Shown here: positions 9,848 to 20,241 of the stretch, piece after piece
Numbering within the stretch: the stretch's first letter is position 1
Layout: every line of letters starts with the position of its first letter
NCBI GenBank assembly: GCA_016176785.1
Contig: JACOWN010000007.1
Coordinates: 6,970-70,969, forward strand
DNA from: Parcubacteria group bacterium
Lineage (GTDB): Bacteria > Patescibacteriota > Minisyncoccia > Phycocordibacterales > UBA2135
Direction of reading: 5' to 3'
DNA length: 64,000 bases
Notes under the pieces: generated by a model
What the model was told of the DNA's origin: nothing
The model's input: the letters and a program-made list of their open reading frames with translations, nothing else
Database searches by the model: none
Program-made: the position numbers and the translations under genes

Positions 9848-11317
9848 ATGTCTTCACTAGACGAGATCCAGGGCGATCGCATCAAAAAACTTCGGCTCCT
9901 TAAAGAAGGCGGGATGGACCCGTACCCGTCTTTGGCGCGGCGGACGACCGAGGTCGGTCGCGCGCTTCGCATGTTTGATGCGCTCGCGGGACAGAAAAAG
10001 GCGCTCACCATGGCGGGCCGCATCATGTCGCTCCGGCGGCAAGGCGGCCTCATTTTTTTTCATTTCTTTGACGGAACGGGCACGCTGCAGGCGACGCTTA
10101 AAAAAGACGACGCCGGCGAGCGGCTGTTTTCGCTTTTTGAAAATGCCGCGGATATCGGCGATTTTGTTGAGCTGGCTGGCGTTCTCGGGATGACGCAACG
10201 CGGCGAGCGGACGCTTTTTGCCCGCGCATGGAGAATGCTTGCGAAGAGCATTCGGCCGCTTCCCGACAAATGGCACGGCTTGCAGGACGTTGAAGAGCGT
10301 TTTCGGCGGCGGTATCTTGACCTCGCGATGTCGCCCGAAACTCGCGCGCGTTTTCTTAAACGGACAGAAATCATCGCCCTTGTGCGCGCGCTCCTCAACA
10401 AAGCGGGATATCTTGAGGTTGAAACGCCGGCGCTTCAGCCGCTTTACGGCGGAGCGAGCGCCGAACCGTTCGTGACGCACCACAATACGCTTGATGTTGA
10501 TCTGTACCTTCGCATCTCCGACGAATTGTATCTGAAGCGGCTCCTCGTCGGCGGTTTCCCGCGCATCTATGAGATCGGCAAGAATTTTCGGAATGAGGGC
10601 ATTGATGCGACGCACTATCCTGAGTTCACCATGCTTGAGTTTTATGAAGCGTACACCGATGCGCGCCGACAAATGCGATTTGTCGAGCGGCTTATCAAAA
10701 CGCTCGCCAAGCGGCTCTACGGCAAGGCGAGCATACGCTTTGACGGAGAGGACATTGACCTTTCGCGGCCGTTCGCCGTCGTGCCGTTCCGCGCGGCGCT
10801 CGAGAAATACGCGCACCTCGCGAAGCCGCTTGAAGCGTCCCGCGACGAGCTCTTTCGCGTTGCGAAAGAGCACGGTGCCGCCGCGGCAGAGGGCGACAGC
10901 CGGGCGAAACTGCTTGACCTTTTATTCAAAAAACTGTGCCGGCGCCATCTGGTTCAGCCGACGTTCGTCACGGAGTATCCCACCGGCTACCTTCCGCTCG
11001 CGAAAGAGAAAAAGCGCATGCGCGGCGTTGCCGACGCGTTCCAGCTCTACATCGGCGGCGTGGAATTGGTCAAGGCGTTTTCGGAATTGAACGACCCCGC
11101 GGAACAGCGCAGCCGTTTCCTCGCGGAAGAGCGATTTCGCACCGCTGGCGACGAGGAAGCGCAACGATTGGACGAGGATTTTCTTGAAGCGATGGAATAC
11201 GGCATGCCGCCCGCGGGCGGCGTCGGCATCGGCATTGACCGTTTGGTCATGGTGCTGACCGATACGAAGAACATTAAAGAGGTAATCCTTTTTCCCGCGA
11301 TGCGGCCGAAACGGTAG
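9848..11317 (+). CDS. lysS: Lysyl-tRNA synthetase (class II)
   Basis: LPDKWHGL, FRNEGID, GMPPAGG.GIGIDRL. Confidence 0.97.
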   Translation: MSSLDEIQGDRIKKLRLLKEGGMDPYPSLARRTTEVGRALRMFDALAGQKKALTMAGRIMSLRRQGGLIFFHFFDGTGTLQATLKKDDAGERLFSLFENAADIGDFVELAGVLGMTQRGERTLFARAWRMLAKSIRPLPDKWHGLQDVEERFRRRYLDLAMSPETRARFLKRTEIIALVRALLNKAGYLEVETPALQPLYGGASAEPFVTHHNTLDVDLYLRISDELYLKRLLVGGFPRIYEIGKNFRNEGIDATHYPEFTMLEFYEAYTDARRQMRFVERLIKTLAKRLYGKASIRFDGEDIDLSRPFAVVPFRAALEKYAHLAKPLEASRDELFRVAKEHGAAAAEGDSRAKLLDLLFKKLCRRHLVQPTFVTEYPTGYLPLAKEKKRMRGVADAFQLYIGGVELVKAFSELNDPAEQRSRFLAEERFRTAGDEEAQRLDEDFLEAMEYGMPPAGGVGIGIDRLVMVLTDTKNIKEVILFPAMRPKR

Positions 11318-11354
11318 TTGTCTTTTTCGGAGCTGACTGCGGCAGTTGCCCTCC

Positions 11355-11383
11355 TTGACAAGAGCGTTTATTTTGTGTAGCTT
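11355..11383 (+). promoter_or_regulatory. Putative sigma70 promoter of orphan membrane gene
   Basis: TTGACA-17-TAGCTT with TG extension; GAGGAGG SD before ATG 11423. Confidence 0.6.
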
Positions 11384-11422
11384 CTTTGCAGAAACAGAAA
11401 ATCTCCCCGAGGAGGAGCCGTT

Positions 11423-12037
11423 ATGAAGTTGAAAAAAAACGGCTTTGTCATGCGAGTTGCGTACGGCGATAATATGCTGAACGCACTTCGAGTTGCGTTT
11501 GGCCGTAATATTCTGAACGCACTTCAACCTCCCGAGTTGCCCAAGCGGGTCAGTGTATGCGCCCTCTTTTGGCGTTTTGTCAAAAATTGTGTCTTAATAC
11601 CGTTTGGTTACCTCAGCTTCGGCTGCTTTATTCTCGCTATTGCCGTAATGTTTGGCATCACTTTCGTGATCGTATTCTTCTTTGCGCGGCGGCCACCTGT
11701 TTTTGCGAACGACGACAAAGGGAAAACGCTCGTGTTCTACAAGAAATGGCCGACGCTTGCTGGCCATCGAGTGTATCCAGCCGCCATCTTTTTACTGGCG
11801 CTCGCCGCATGGGCGCTTTGGCTTCTCGGCTATGCCTTTGTCGCCTGGGTCTCCGACCCGTCGGTGGGGGTGTGGTTTGCGATAACGGTGTTGCTTGCCC
11901 TTGTCGTGTTGCTTCCGGTAGTTCTTTTTTGCATTTTGTTCGCGAGGTTCCTGAAGAGCGAGGCGTGGCAGCTTTTCAAAGAATTCATAAAAGCGAGGAA
12001 GCAGAAAATCTGTCCCTTCGTTGACATCGTGGAGTAA
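11423..12037 (+). CDS. Hypothetical membrane protein (3-4 TM) with N-terminal 12-aa duplication
   Basis: Own promoter and SD; 36-nt imperfect tandem repeat 11453-11524. Confidence 0.75.
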   Translation: MKLKKNGFVMRVAYGDNMLNALRVAFGRNILNALQPPELPKRVSVCALFWRFVKNCVLIPFGYLSFGCFILAIAVMFGITFVIVFFFARRPPVFANDDKGKTLVFYKKWPTLAGHRVYPAAIFLLALAAWALWLLGYAFVAWVSDPSVGVWFAITVLLALVVLLPVVLFCILFARFLKSEAWQLFKEFIKARKQKICPFVDIVE

Positions 12038-12091
12038 GTTGTTTTTCTCGTCATCGGCATCGTTTTACGGCTCGTCAGAGCCGTTTTTTGT

Positions 12092-12177
12092 TGTGGATAA
12101 ACCGGTAAAAGGACCGTCCTTTTCGCAAAAAGGACGGTCCTTTGAGGGAGTTATCCACAGGCGGTTTGTGTGGATAA
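12092..12177. promoter_or_regulatory. Three DnaA-box consensus sites plus two AAAGGAC(C/G)GTCCTTT palindromes
   Basis: TGTGGATAA 12092, TTATCCACA 12151, TGTGGATAA 12169; palindromes 12107-12123 and 12129-12143. Confidence 0.75.
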
Positions 12178-12190
12178 CCGGTTTTGCTTG

Positions 12191-12235
12191 GTGGGTGAAA
12201 GTGGAGTACAATAATAGACAAGTGGTAAGAAGTGG
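12191..12235 (+). promoter_or_regulatory. MraZ operator-like GTGG direct repeats
   Basis: GTGG at 12191, 12201, 12222, 12232 (about 10-bp phasing) directly upstream of mraZ. Confidence 0.7.
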
Positions 12236-12240
12236 AAAAA

Positions 12241-12675
12241 ATGCTCATTGGTGAATACCGCCATTCCATAGACGCAAAAAAACGGCTTTCATTGCCGGCG
12301 AAGTTTCGTAAGGAGATCGGCGGACAAGTGGTGGTGACGCGCGGATTTGATACGTGCCTTTACATTTACCCGCTCAAGGAATGGAGCCGCGTTACCGAAA
12401 AATTGCGCGGGCTCTCCATGGGCCAGCGCGACCAGCGCGGCGTAAATCGTTTTATGCTTGGCGGCGCCGTGGAAGCGGACGTTGACGCGCTGGGGCGCAT
12501 CCTTGTTCCCGATTTTTTGAAAACATTCGCGCGTCTTTCAAACAAAGTGGTGCTCGTCGGCGTGAACGACCACGTTGAGATCTGGGATGAAAAAACATGG
12601 AACGCATATCGTACTCGCATTGAAAAGAAGGCGGATGAATTGGCCGAGAAGTTGGGCGAGATAGGAGCCATTTAG
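12241..12675 (+). CDS. mraZ: Division/cell wall cluster repressor MraZ
   Basis: GEY.HSID.K.RL..PAKFR, D..GRILVP, VEIWD. Confidence 0.95.
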   Translation: MLIGEYRHSIDAKKRLSLPAKFRKEIGGQVVVTRGFDTCLYIYPLKEWSRVTEKLRGLSMGQRDQRGVNRFMLGGAVEADVDALGRILVPDFLKTFARLSNKVVLVGVNDHVEIWDEKTWNAYRTRIEKKADELAEKLGEIGAI

Positions 12676-12745
12676 GAGATTATCGCCGTTATTTTTAGTT
12701 TGCGGCTTTGAGGAATGGGGCCAGAGAAAATAATCGCTGAAATTC

Positions 12746-13645
12746 ATGCACATTCCCGTTCTTTTACACGAAAGCATTGAGGGACTTGCGGCGCGGGAAG
12801 GCGATGTCGTGCTTGATGCAACGGTTGGGGACGGCGGCCATGCCCGCGCTCTCTGCGAGCGCATCGGGGCATCGGGGCGGCTCATCGGCATTGACTTGGA
12901 TGAAGACGCGCTTACCGAGGCGCGGCGCGCGCTTGCGAACTCCCCCTGCCGGCACGACCTCTTTCAGGCGAACTTCAGGGAATTAGACGGCGTACTAAGG
13001 CGAGCGCACGTGAAAGGAGTGCAGAGAGTTCTTTTGGACCTTGGCATGCGTTCCGACCAGCTCGAACGTTCCGGACGAGGTTTTTCTTTCCTGCGCGACG
13101 AGCCGCTTCTCATGACTTTTGAAAAAATATCGCCTGATAGCACGATGCGCACGGCCGCGGCAATCGTGAACACCTGGCCGGAGGAGGACCTCGCAAAAAT
13201 TTTCCGTGAGTACGGCGAAGAACGGCACGCCGACCGTATCGCCGCCGCGATCGTCCGGGCGCGGAAACATGAACGCATCATCGGGACGCGCGCATTAAGA
13301 GACATCGTTACGGGCGCCGTGCCCCCGCGAGGACGCGCCGGACAGAGGGACCCCGCTACGAAAACATTCCAAGCGCTCCGCATCGCCGTGAACGATGAAC
13401 TGGAAGCGCTTCGCGAAGCGCTCCGCAAGAGCGCGGAGGCGCTCCTCCCCGGAGGCCGCATCGCCGTCATTTCTTTCCACAGTTTAGAAGACCGTATCGT
13501 TAAATTATTTTTTAAACAGCTGGCGGACGAAGAATCATTCACCGTCATAACCAAAAAACCCGTTACGCCGTCGCGTGCCGAGAGCGAACGCAACCCACGC
13601 GCGCGAAGCGCAAAGTTGCGCATCGCAGAACGAATATCCCGATGA
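12746..13645 (+). CDS. rsmH: 16S rRNA m4C1402 methyltransferase
   Basis: HIPVLL, FQALRIAVN.EL, ISFHSLEDRIVK, NPRARSAKLR. Confidence 0.97.
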   Translation: MHIPVLLHESIEGLAAREGDVVLDATVGDGGHARALCERIGASGRLIGIDLDEDALTEARRALANSPCRHDLFQANFRELDGVLRRAHVKGVQRVLLDLGMRSDQLERSGRGFSFLRDEPLLMTFEKISPDSTMRTAAAIVNTWPEEDLAKIFREYGEERHADRIAAAIVRARKHERIIGTRALRDIVTGAVPPRGRAGQRDPATKTFQALRIAVNDELEALREALRKSAEALLPGGRIAVISFHSLEDRIVKLFFKQLADEESFTVITKKPVTPSRAESERNPRARSAKLRIAERISR

Positions 13646-13965
13646 AAAACGTCATTCCAACCATCACCATCCAGACCAATACTCCCGCCAAGATGCTCTT
13701 TTGGGGGCTCGTGAGCGCGCTTGCGGCAACGGTTGCCCTGTATATGTATTTTGTCAACGCGACAGTCGTGTACATCGTCATGCGGGATGACGTGGAACGC
13801 CGCATCGGGAGCGTCCAGTCGTCACTTGGCGAGCTTGAGGCGCGATATGCTTCGCTCCAAAACTCTCTTTCCGTCGCTCGCGCGCGCTCCCTTTCGTTTG
13901 AGGAACCGGCGGAACGCACGTTTGCCGCTCGCAAACGTCTCGTCACCACCTTGGTCGGCGAGTAG
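13642..13965 (+). CDS. FtsL-like bitopic coiled-coil protein
   Basis: TM plus coiled coil, between rsmH and ftsI. Confidence 0.7.
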   Translation: MKNVIPTITIQTNTPAKMLFWGLVSALAATVALYMYFVNATVVYIVMRDDVERRIGSVQSSLGELEARYASLQNSLSVARARSLSFEEPAERTFAARKRLVTTLVGE

Positions 13966-13991
13966 TGTTTTGATATACTGGATTTTCCATT

Positions 13992-15710
13992 ATGGCGCAC
14001 GATGGTTCAACTTTCCGCGTCCGTTTTCTCTATATCCCCGTCTTCCTGCTTGCCGGCGCGCTCGTGGGAAAACTTTTTTTCGTGCAGATGTTGTACGGCA
14101 GCGAACTCCGAGAACGCGCCGCGGAACAATACATCGCCCCCGTTGCGCAGGCATTTGACCGCGGGTCAATTTTTTTTGAGCGGAAGGACGGGACGCTTTT
14201 CGCCGCGGCAACGCAAAAGAGCGGTTTTACCGTCGCCTTAAATCCGAGCGAGATCGCCGATGCGGCGGCGGTATTCCGTCTCCTCGTTCCGCTCCTGCCC
14301 AATCTTGACGAGACGGCGTTTTTTTTGAAAGCGGGCAAACGCAACGACCCTTATGAAGAGATCGCATGGCGCATTCCCGAAGAAAATGCCGTCGCCATTG
14401 AAGAGGCGCGCATCACGGGGGTGCACTTGTATCGCGATAAATGGCGTTTCTATCCGTCAGGAACGCTCGCGGCCCAGGCGCTCGGCTTCGTGGGATTTGA
14501 CGGCAAAAATTTGAGCGGACGCTACGGAGTAGAGAGATACTACAACGACTCTCTTGAGCGCGACGCAAACACGCGCCGCATCAATTTTTTTGCCGAGATG
14601 TTCGCTAACATCGGAAGGTCGTTTTTGTACACGCGGGAATCGCGCACCGGCGATGTCGTGTTGACGATAGAGCCGGAAGTTGAGCGGTTCGTTGAAGCGG
14701 AGCTCGCAGCGCTTTCGTCGCGGTGGCGAAGTCGAGCGGCCGGCGCCATCGTCATTGAACCGAAGACCGGCGCTTTGCGCGCTCTGGCCGCATACCCCAC
14801 ATTTGATCTGAACTCCTTTCAGTCCGAAAGCGATTACGCCATTTTCGGGAATCCGTTGGTGGAAAACGTGTATGAACTCGGTTCCATCATGAAGCCGCTC
14901 ACGCTCGCGGCGGGATTTGATGCGGGCGTTGTGGCGGCCGAGACGACCTACTATGACCGAGGGTATGTGCTTTTTGACGGGGCGCGCATAGAGAACTTTG
15001 ACGGAAAGGGGAGGGGAACGGTTGACATGCAACATGTTTTGAACGAATCGCTCAATACCGGAGCCGTGTATGTGATGCAGCAGTTGGGCGGCAGGCGGTT
15101 CGCCGATTATTTGCTCGCGTTCGGCCTCGGCGAAGAGACGGGCATTGACGTGCCGAACGAAACGCACGGGCTCGTCGGCAATCTCTCAAGTTCCCGAACC
15201 GTTGAGTACGCGACGGCGTCGTTCGGGCAGGGGATAGCGGTGACGCCGATCGCCATGGCGCGGGCGCTCTCCGCGCTCGCGAACGGCGGCGTCTTGGTAA
15301 CGCCGCACGTCGTTGACCGCGTCGTTTCAAAGATAGGTTCAACGCACCCCATCACCTACGGGGGGGAAACCCGCGTTATCAAAAAGGAGGCGGCGGATGA
15401 GATAACGCGGATGCTCGTCAAGGTTGTTGACGTGGCGCTCGCCGGAGGGACGGTAAAACTTGCGGGATACAGCGTCGCCGCGAAAACCGGCACGGCGCAG
15501 ATCGCTCGTCCGCAAGGGGGCGGCTACTACGAAGACCGTTTTCTGCATTCCTTCTTCGGGTATTTTCCCGCGTATGACCCGCGTTTTCTGATTTTTTTCT
15601 TTATGGTTGAGCCGCAAGGAGTCCGGTACGCGTCGGAGACGCTCACGAAGCCCTTTATGGACACGGTCAAGTTTTTAATCAATTATTACGAAATACCGCC
15701 CGACCGATAG
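13992..15710 (+). CDS. ftsI: Class B penicillin-binding protein (FtsI-like)
   Basis: YELGSIMK, SLN, KTGTAQ; dcw synteny. Confidence 0.9.
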   Translation: MAHDGSTFRVRFLYIPVFLLAGALVGKLFFVQMLYGSELRERAAEQYIAPVAQAFDRGSIFFERKDGTLFAAATQKSGFTVALNPSEIADAAAVFRLLVPLLPNLDETAFFLKAGKRNDPYEEIAWRIPEENAVAIEEARITGVHLYRDKWRFYPSGTLAAQALGFVGFDGKNLSGRYGVERYYNDSLERDANTRRINFFAEMFANIGRSFLYTRESRTGDVVLTIEPEVERFVEAELAALSSRWRSRAAGAIVIEPKTGALRALAAYPTFDLNSFQSESDYAIFGNPLVENVYELGSIMKPLTLAAGFDAGVVAAETTYYDRGYVLFDGARIENFDGKGRGTVDMQHVLNESLNTGAVYVMQQLGGRRFADYLLAFGLGEETGIDVPNETHGLVGNLSSSRTVEYATASFGQGIAVTPIAMARALSALANGGVLVTPHVVDRVVSKIGSTHPITYGGETRVIKKEAADEITRMLVKVVDVALAGGTVKLAGYSVAAKTGTAQIARPQGGGYYEDRFLHSFFGYFPAYDPRFLIFFFMVEPQGVRYASETLTKPFMDTVKFLINYYEIPPDR

Positions 15711-15741
15711 TCGCCGCGGCATGTATCGCGCATAGGCAACG

Positions 15742-17037
15742 ATGCTGAAAGATATACTCAAAAAAACGGTTGTTTTCATACTCACTCTTGAAGCGAGGGC
15801 TGTTTTGAAAAAGTACAAACCCCGCATCGTCGCGGTGACGGGGAGCGTGGGGAAGACGTCCGGAAAAGACGCGATACGCGCCGTGCTTGAGCCGCATTTT
15901 TTTGTGCGGGCGAGCGCAAAGAGTTACAACAGCGAGATCGGCGTCCCGCTCTCAATTCTCGGAAGCGAGAACGGATGGGAGAATCCATTCGCGTGGTTTG
16001 CCGTTTTCTGCGAGGGGCTCGCGCTTATTTTTTTGAAAAATCATTATCCAAGTTGGCTCGTGCTTGAGGTCGGCGCCGACCGACCGGGCGATATTCAAGC
16101 GTTTACCCGATGGATTGCGCCCGACGTCGTCGTCATAACGCGCTTTGGGGAGGCGCCGGTCCACGTTGAGTTTTTTGACTCGCGCGATGCGTTGGTCCGG
16201 GAAAAATCGCATCTTGCGCATGCCGTAAAAGCGGACGGCGTCCTTGTGCTCAATGCGGATGACCCCGACGTGGCGCGATTGCGCGAGAGCATACACGGCA
16301 GGCGTCTTGTTGCCTACGGCATGAGTGAAGGCGCGAACGTCCGCGGCTCGCACGCAGAGGTGCGTTTTGAAGACGGGGAGCCGGTCGGCATGCAGGCGAA
16401 GGTGGCGTATGACGGGAACGTTTTTCCGCTTGTCATGCGGGGCACGCTCGGCATGCCGATACTTGAGGCGGCGCTTGCCGCGCTTGCGGTCGGGTCGGCG
16501 CTCGGCGTCAATCTCGTCTCCGCGCTCCCCGCACTCGCCGCGTTCCGCGCTCCCCCCGGTCGCATGCGTCTTATCAAGGGACTCAAGGGGAGCGTCATTA
16601 TTGACGACTCGTACAATTCTTCTCCCGCCGCGGCGCGCGCGGCGCTTGAGGCGCTGGCGGAGCTTCAGGTAACGGGGCGGAAGATCGCGGCATTGGGAGA
16701 CATGCTTGAACTGGGGAAAGAAAGTGTTTCGGAACATAAAAAAATCGGCGCGCTCGCCGCGACCGCCTGCGACGTACTCGTCACTGTCGGCGTGCGGGCA
16801 CAGATTATGGAGGACGCCGCGCACGCAAAACGAATGAAGAAAGGCGCCGCATTCCACTTTGATACGGCGTTTGAGGCGGGGGAGTTTTTGGCCGGTTTCG
16901 TCGGGGAAGGAGACGCCGTTCTCGTGAAGGGTTCGCAATCGATCCGGATGGAGCGCGTGGTTAAGAAAATTATGGCGGAGCCGGAGCGGGCGGGGGAATT
17001 TTTGGTGCGCCAAGAGCCGGAGTGGCGGCGCCGCTGA
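15742..17037 (+). CDS. murF: UDP-MurNAc-tripeptide:D-Ala-D-Ala ligase
   Basis: VTGSVGKT, DDSYNSSP, LGDMLELG, LVKGS. Confidence 0.93.
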   Translation: MLKDILKKTVVFILTLEARAVLKKYKPRIVAVTGSVGKTSGKDAIRAVLEPHFFVRASAKSYNSEIGVPLSILGSENGWENPFAWFAVFCEGLALIFLKNHYPSWLVLEVGADRPGDIQAFTRWIAPDVVVITRFGEAPVHVEFFDSRDALVREKSHLAHAVKADGVLVLNADDPDVARLRESIHGRRLVAYGMSEGANVRGSHAEVRFEDGEPVGMQAKVAYDGNVFPLVMRGTLGMPILEAALAALAVGSALGVNLVSALPALAAFRAPPGRMRLIKGLKGSVIIDDSYNSSPAAARAALEALAELQVTGRKIAALGDMLELGKESVSEHKKIGALAATACDVLVTVGVRAQIMEDAAHAKRMKKGAAFHFDTAFEAGEFLAGFVGEGDAVLVKGSQSIRMERVVKKIMAEPERAGEFLVRQEPEWRRR

Positions 17038-17131
17038 CTATTTTAAAGATAAAGAAGGCGCGTGCGGAGCGGCAAATTTTTGTAACTTTGTTTTGTTTGT
17101 TTTTTGGTTGCGGTGCGCGAGCCTCGCGGTT

Positions 17132-18157
17132 TTACTGTATTTTTTCAAGCTTGTAGGTTGTCGGCGCTTTTGCAAACCACTTCTCAAGTTCGGGGAGCGC
17201 GAGAAGCCCCTCCTGCGCACCGACATATTGGACGACGGAGGCGGAGTTTATCGGAGCCAAAGCGAACGCTTCGGGCAGGGTTTTTCCCAATGCCATGAGC
17301 GCGGTCAAGGTTGACGCGAATGCGTCTCCTGCGCCGGTCCTGTCAACCGGCGGCGCGGGGTCGGGGTACATCGGCATATGCCACATATCCGCGCCGTCGT
17401 GCATGTATGCGCCATTCGGGCCATCGGTGATGAAAATGACTTTTGGCCCCAGCGCTCGCATTTCCGCAAGGAGTTTTTTGATGTCATCTTCGCTTGTGTT
17501 CAAGATCCGCCGCGCTTCTTCAACATTGCAGAAAAAAAGCTCCGTCACCGCATACACGTCCTTAAGCGTTTTGTGTCCGAGCCGGACTTGAAACGTGCCG
17601 GGCTGGAAGGCGAGTTTTATCTCCGGATGCGCCGTGAGATAATCGGCGATCGCGCGGTGGAACGCAAGGGTCTTTTCTCCGACCGAAGACAGGTAGAGCC
17701 ATTTCGGCGAACCGATGTCCGGCAATTCGTAAGAGTACTCCTGATGCTTTACCAAAATCGTCCGTTCCTCTTCGTACCACAGCACAAAGTGATAATTACT
17801 TTTTTCCCCCTCATGGACTTTTACAAAATCGGTCGCAACGCCCTCTTTTTTGAGCCGCTCAATTTTGAGGTTGCCCCGCAGGTCATCGCCCAAATTGGTA
17901 ACGAGCGCAGAAGTAAGGCCGAGGCGTCTTGCCGCGACCGCCGCGTTCGGGCTGTTGCCCACCGCGGGAACTTCAATGAGCTCGTCGTATTCAATCTTGT
18001 CCCCGAAATTGAAACAGATTTTTTTCTTGCGCGAGTCCTCTCGCTCAATAGCCGCGTCATCGCCCGAGAGGCGGATGAAGGCGTCGGTGGTGATGTCGCC
18101 CACGGCGACGAAGTCAAAATCTTTTCCCATACTTTTCATGCGACCGCTTGACCGCAT
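17132..18157 (-). CDS. PfkB-family carbohydrate kinase
   Basis: DRTGAGDAF signature, ITDG.NGA; divergent from fba. Confidence 0.9.
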   Translation of the reverse strand: MRSSGRMKSMGKDFDFVAVGDITTDAFIRLSGDDAAIEREDSRKKKICFNFGDKIEYDELIEVPAVGNSPNAAVAARRLGLTSALVTNLGDDLRGNLKIERLKKEGVATDFVKVHEGEKSNYHFVLWYEEERTILVKHQEYSYELPDIGSPKWLYLSSVGEKTLAFHRAIADYLTAHPEIKLAFQPGTFQVRLGHKTLKDVYAVTELFFCNVEEARRILNTSEDDIKKLLAEMRALGPKVIFITDGPNGAYMHDGADMWHMPMYPDPAPPVDRTGAGDAFASTLTALMALGKTLPEAFALAPINSASVVQYVGAQEGLLALPELEKWFAKAPTTYKLEKIQ

Positions 18158-18216
18158 ATTTTATACTACCACATCGTTTGTTTTGTGTGGAATGGGGATG
18201 TGGTACACTATACGGA

Positions 18217-19077
18217 ATGCAGACGCTCAAAGAACACATCGCCGACGCCGCGGCGCGCAAAAAAGCAGTCGGGCATTTTAATTTCTCCACCGTTGAAGTG
18301 TTATGGGCGATTTTTGAAGCGGCAAAAGACCTTGGCGTCCCCGTTGTGGTCGGCGCCTCCGAGGGGGAGCGTAAGTTTGTGGGCGTAAAACAGGCGTCCG
18401 CGCTTGTTAAAAGCATTCGCGAGGAATATGACTATCCGATTTTCTTGAGCGCCGACCACACATATTCCCTTGAGGGGGCAAAAGAGGTGGTGGATGCGGG
18501 GTATGACATGGTTATTTTTGACGGTGCGCGTCTCTCGCTTGCGGAAAACATTGAAATGACGAAGCAGGCGGTTTTATACGCGCGTTCGGCCAATCCAGGT
18601 ATCATCGTTGAGGGGGAGCTGGGATACATCGGAGCATCATCCCGCCTTTTTGACGAAATTCCCGCCGATGTTGCGACGATGAGCATGACGGAACCGCCGC
18701 AGGCGCGCGAGTTCGTCGCGAAGACGGGCGTTGACCTCCTTGCGCCGGCCGTCGGCAATATCCACGGCATGCTGAAACGGGGACCGAATCCGCGCCTTGA
18801 CGTCAACCGCATCCGCGAAATACGGGAAGCGGCCGGCGTGCCTCTTGTGCTTCACGGCGGTTCGGGCATTTCGGACGAGGATTTTTCGCAAGCAATCTCA
18901 ATGGGCATGGCGATCGTCCACATCAATACGGAGATCCGCGCGGCGTGGCGGGGCGCAACGCAGCTTTTTCTTGAAGCGAACCCTGACGAGGTCGCGCCGT
19001 ATAAGATCCTGGAGAGCGCGAAGCGGGAAGCGCGGGGTATTGCGGAGAAACGGCTGAGATTGTTTAACGACCTATGA
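18217..19077 (+). CDS. fba: Class II fructose-bisphosphate aldolase
   Basis: ADH, VEGELG, GNIHG, LVLHGGSG. Confidence 0.93.
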   Translation: MQTLKEHIADAAARKKAVGHFNFSTVEVLWAIFEAAKDLGVPVVVGASEGERKFVGVKQASALVKSIREEYDYPIFLSADHTYSLEGAKEVVDAGYDMVIFDGARLSLAENIEMTKQAVLYARSANPGIIVEGELGYIGASSRLFDEIPADVATMSMTEPPQAREFVAKTGVDLLAPAVGNIHGMLKRGPNPRLDVNRIREIREAAGVPLVLHGGSGISDEDFSQAISMGMAIVHINTEIRAAWRGATQLFLEANPDEVAPYKILESAKREARGIAEKRLRLFNDL

Positions 19078-19087
19078 TATAAGAACC

Positions 19088-20056
19088 ATGCCGACAGTTT
19101 TTGTCACCCGAAAAATCCCCGAAACGGGGCTCAAACTGCTCCGAGAGAAGGGATATGAAGTGGATACGTCCGAAAAGGACGGCGTTTTGACGAAAGAAGA
19201 ATTGATCGCCGCGCTGCGGATGAAACCCTACGACGCGGTGCTGTGCCTTTTGACCGACACGATAGACGCGGCCGTTTTTGACGCGGCGCCCTCGGCGAAA
19301 ATTTTTGCGAACTACGCGGTCGGGTTTGACAATGTTGATGTCGCGGAAGCGAAGCGGCGCGGCGTTGTCGTCTCAAACACGCCGGATGTTCTGACGAATA
19401 CGGTTGCCGAACACACCTTTGCCCTTATGCTCGCAATCGCGCACCGGATCGCCGAGGCGGACCGTTTTACCCGCGCGGGGAAATACGAAGGATGGGCGCC
19501 GGAGCTTTTACTCGGAACAGGTGTATCCGGAAAGACCCTCGGCATCTTGGGCGCGGGGCGCATCGGCGCGCGCGTTGCCTACCACGGCGCGAAAAGTTTT
19601 GATATGCGGGTGCTTTACTATGACGTCAGGCGGAATGAGGCGATTGAAAAAGAAGTGAACGCGGAGTTTCGCGATAGCGTTGAGGCGGTTTTGAAAGAAG
19701 CGGATTTTGTGACTATCCATGTGCCGCTTCTTTACTCAACGCGGCATCTCATGAACCGCGCGCGGCTCGCTCTGATGAAGCCGACGGCCTATCTCGTGAA
19801 CACGTCGCGCGGGCCGGTCATTGACGAGGCGGCGCTTGTGGAAGCGCTTGGAAACGGGGTTATCAAGGGCGCGGCGCTGGATGTTTTTGAGAATGAGCCG
19901 GCGCTCGCCACCGGTCTTTCCGAGTTGGAGAATGTCATTGTGACGCCCCACATCGCTTCCGCGACTGAAGAGGCCCGCTCGGCGATGTCCCGTCTCGCGG
20001 CAGAAAACATTATTGCGGTTTTGGAAGGAGAAGAAGCCCCGAACGCGGTCAGATAG
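19088..20056 (+). CDS. D-glycerate dehydrogenase / glyoxylate reductase family
   Basis: AVGFDNVD, GAGRIG, NTSRG, LDVFENEP, PHIAS. Confidence 0.92.
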   Translation: MPTVFVTRKIPETGLKLLREKGYEVDTSEKDGVLTKEELIAALRMKPYDAVLCLLTDTIDAAVFDAAPSAKIFANYAVGFDNVDVAEAKRRGVVVSNTPDVLTNTVAEHTFALMLAIAHRIAEADRFTRAGKYEGWAPELLLGTGVSGKTLGILGAGRIGARVAYHGAKSFDMRVLYYDVRRNEAIEKEVNAEFRDSVEAVLKEADFVTIHVPLLYSTRHLMNRARLALMKPTAYLVNTSRGPVIDEAALVEALGNGVIKGAALDVFENEPALATGLSELENVIVTPHIASATEEARSAMSRLAAENIIAVLEGEEAPNAVR

Positions 20057-20115
20057 TGAAAGATATTATCACGTGTTTGTCGGAACATGTCGTTTCAACA
20101 AGCATTCTGACGGCA

Positions 20116-20241
20116 GACACTTGGCAGGAGGGCGGTAATTTGTTATACATAACGCAGGAAGTGAAAGTCCAGTGTGCACTGGGCTTTGTCCCTCGACAAG
20201 CTCAGGGACAATCCCAAACCCAAGAAAAGGAGGAAGGACAA
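20116..20241 (+). promoter_or_regulatory. Conserved promoter and structured 5' leader, copy 1
   Basis: Near-identical to 21449-21639; hairpins at 20164-20187 and ~20186-20211; AGGAGG SD. Confidence 0.7.

Noticed and set aside
12092-12177. Replication origin
   Set aside because: Only three boxes, no dnaA/dnaN nearby, no clear unwinding element, and the same module recurs elsewhere.
20056-20241. 62-aa N-terminal extension of the DUF5701-like ORF
   Set aside because: This is the promoter/leader; the SD and the paralog both place the start at 20242.
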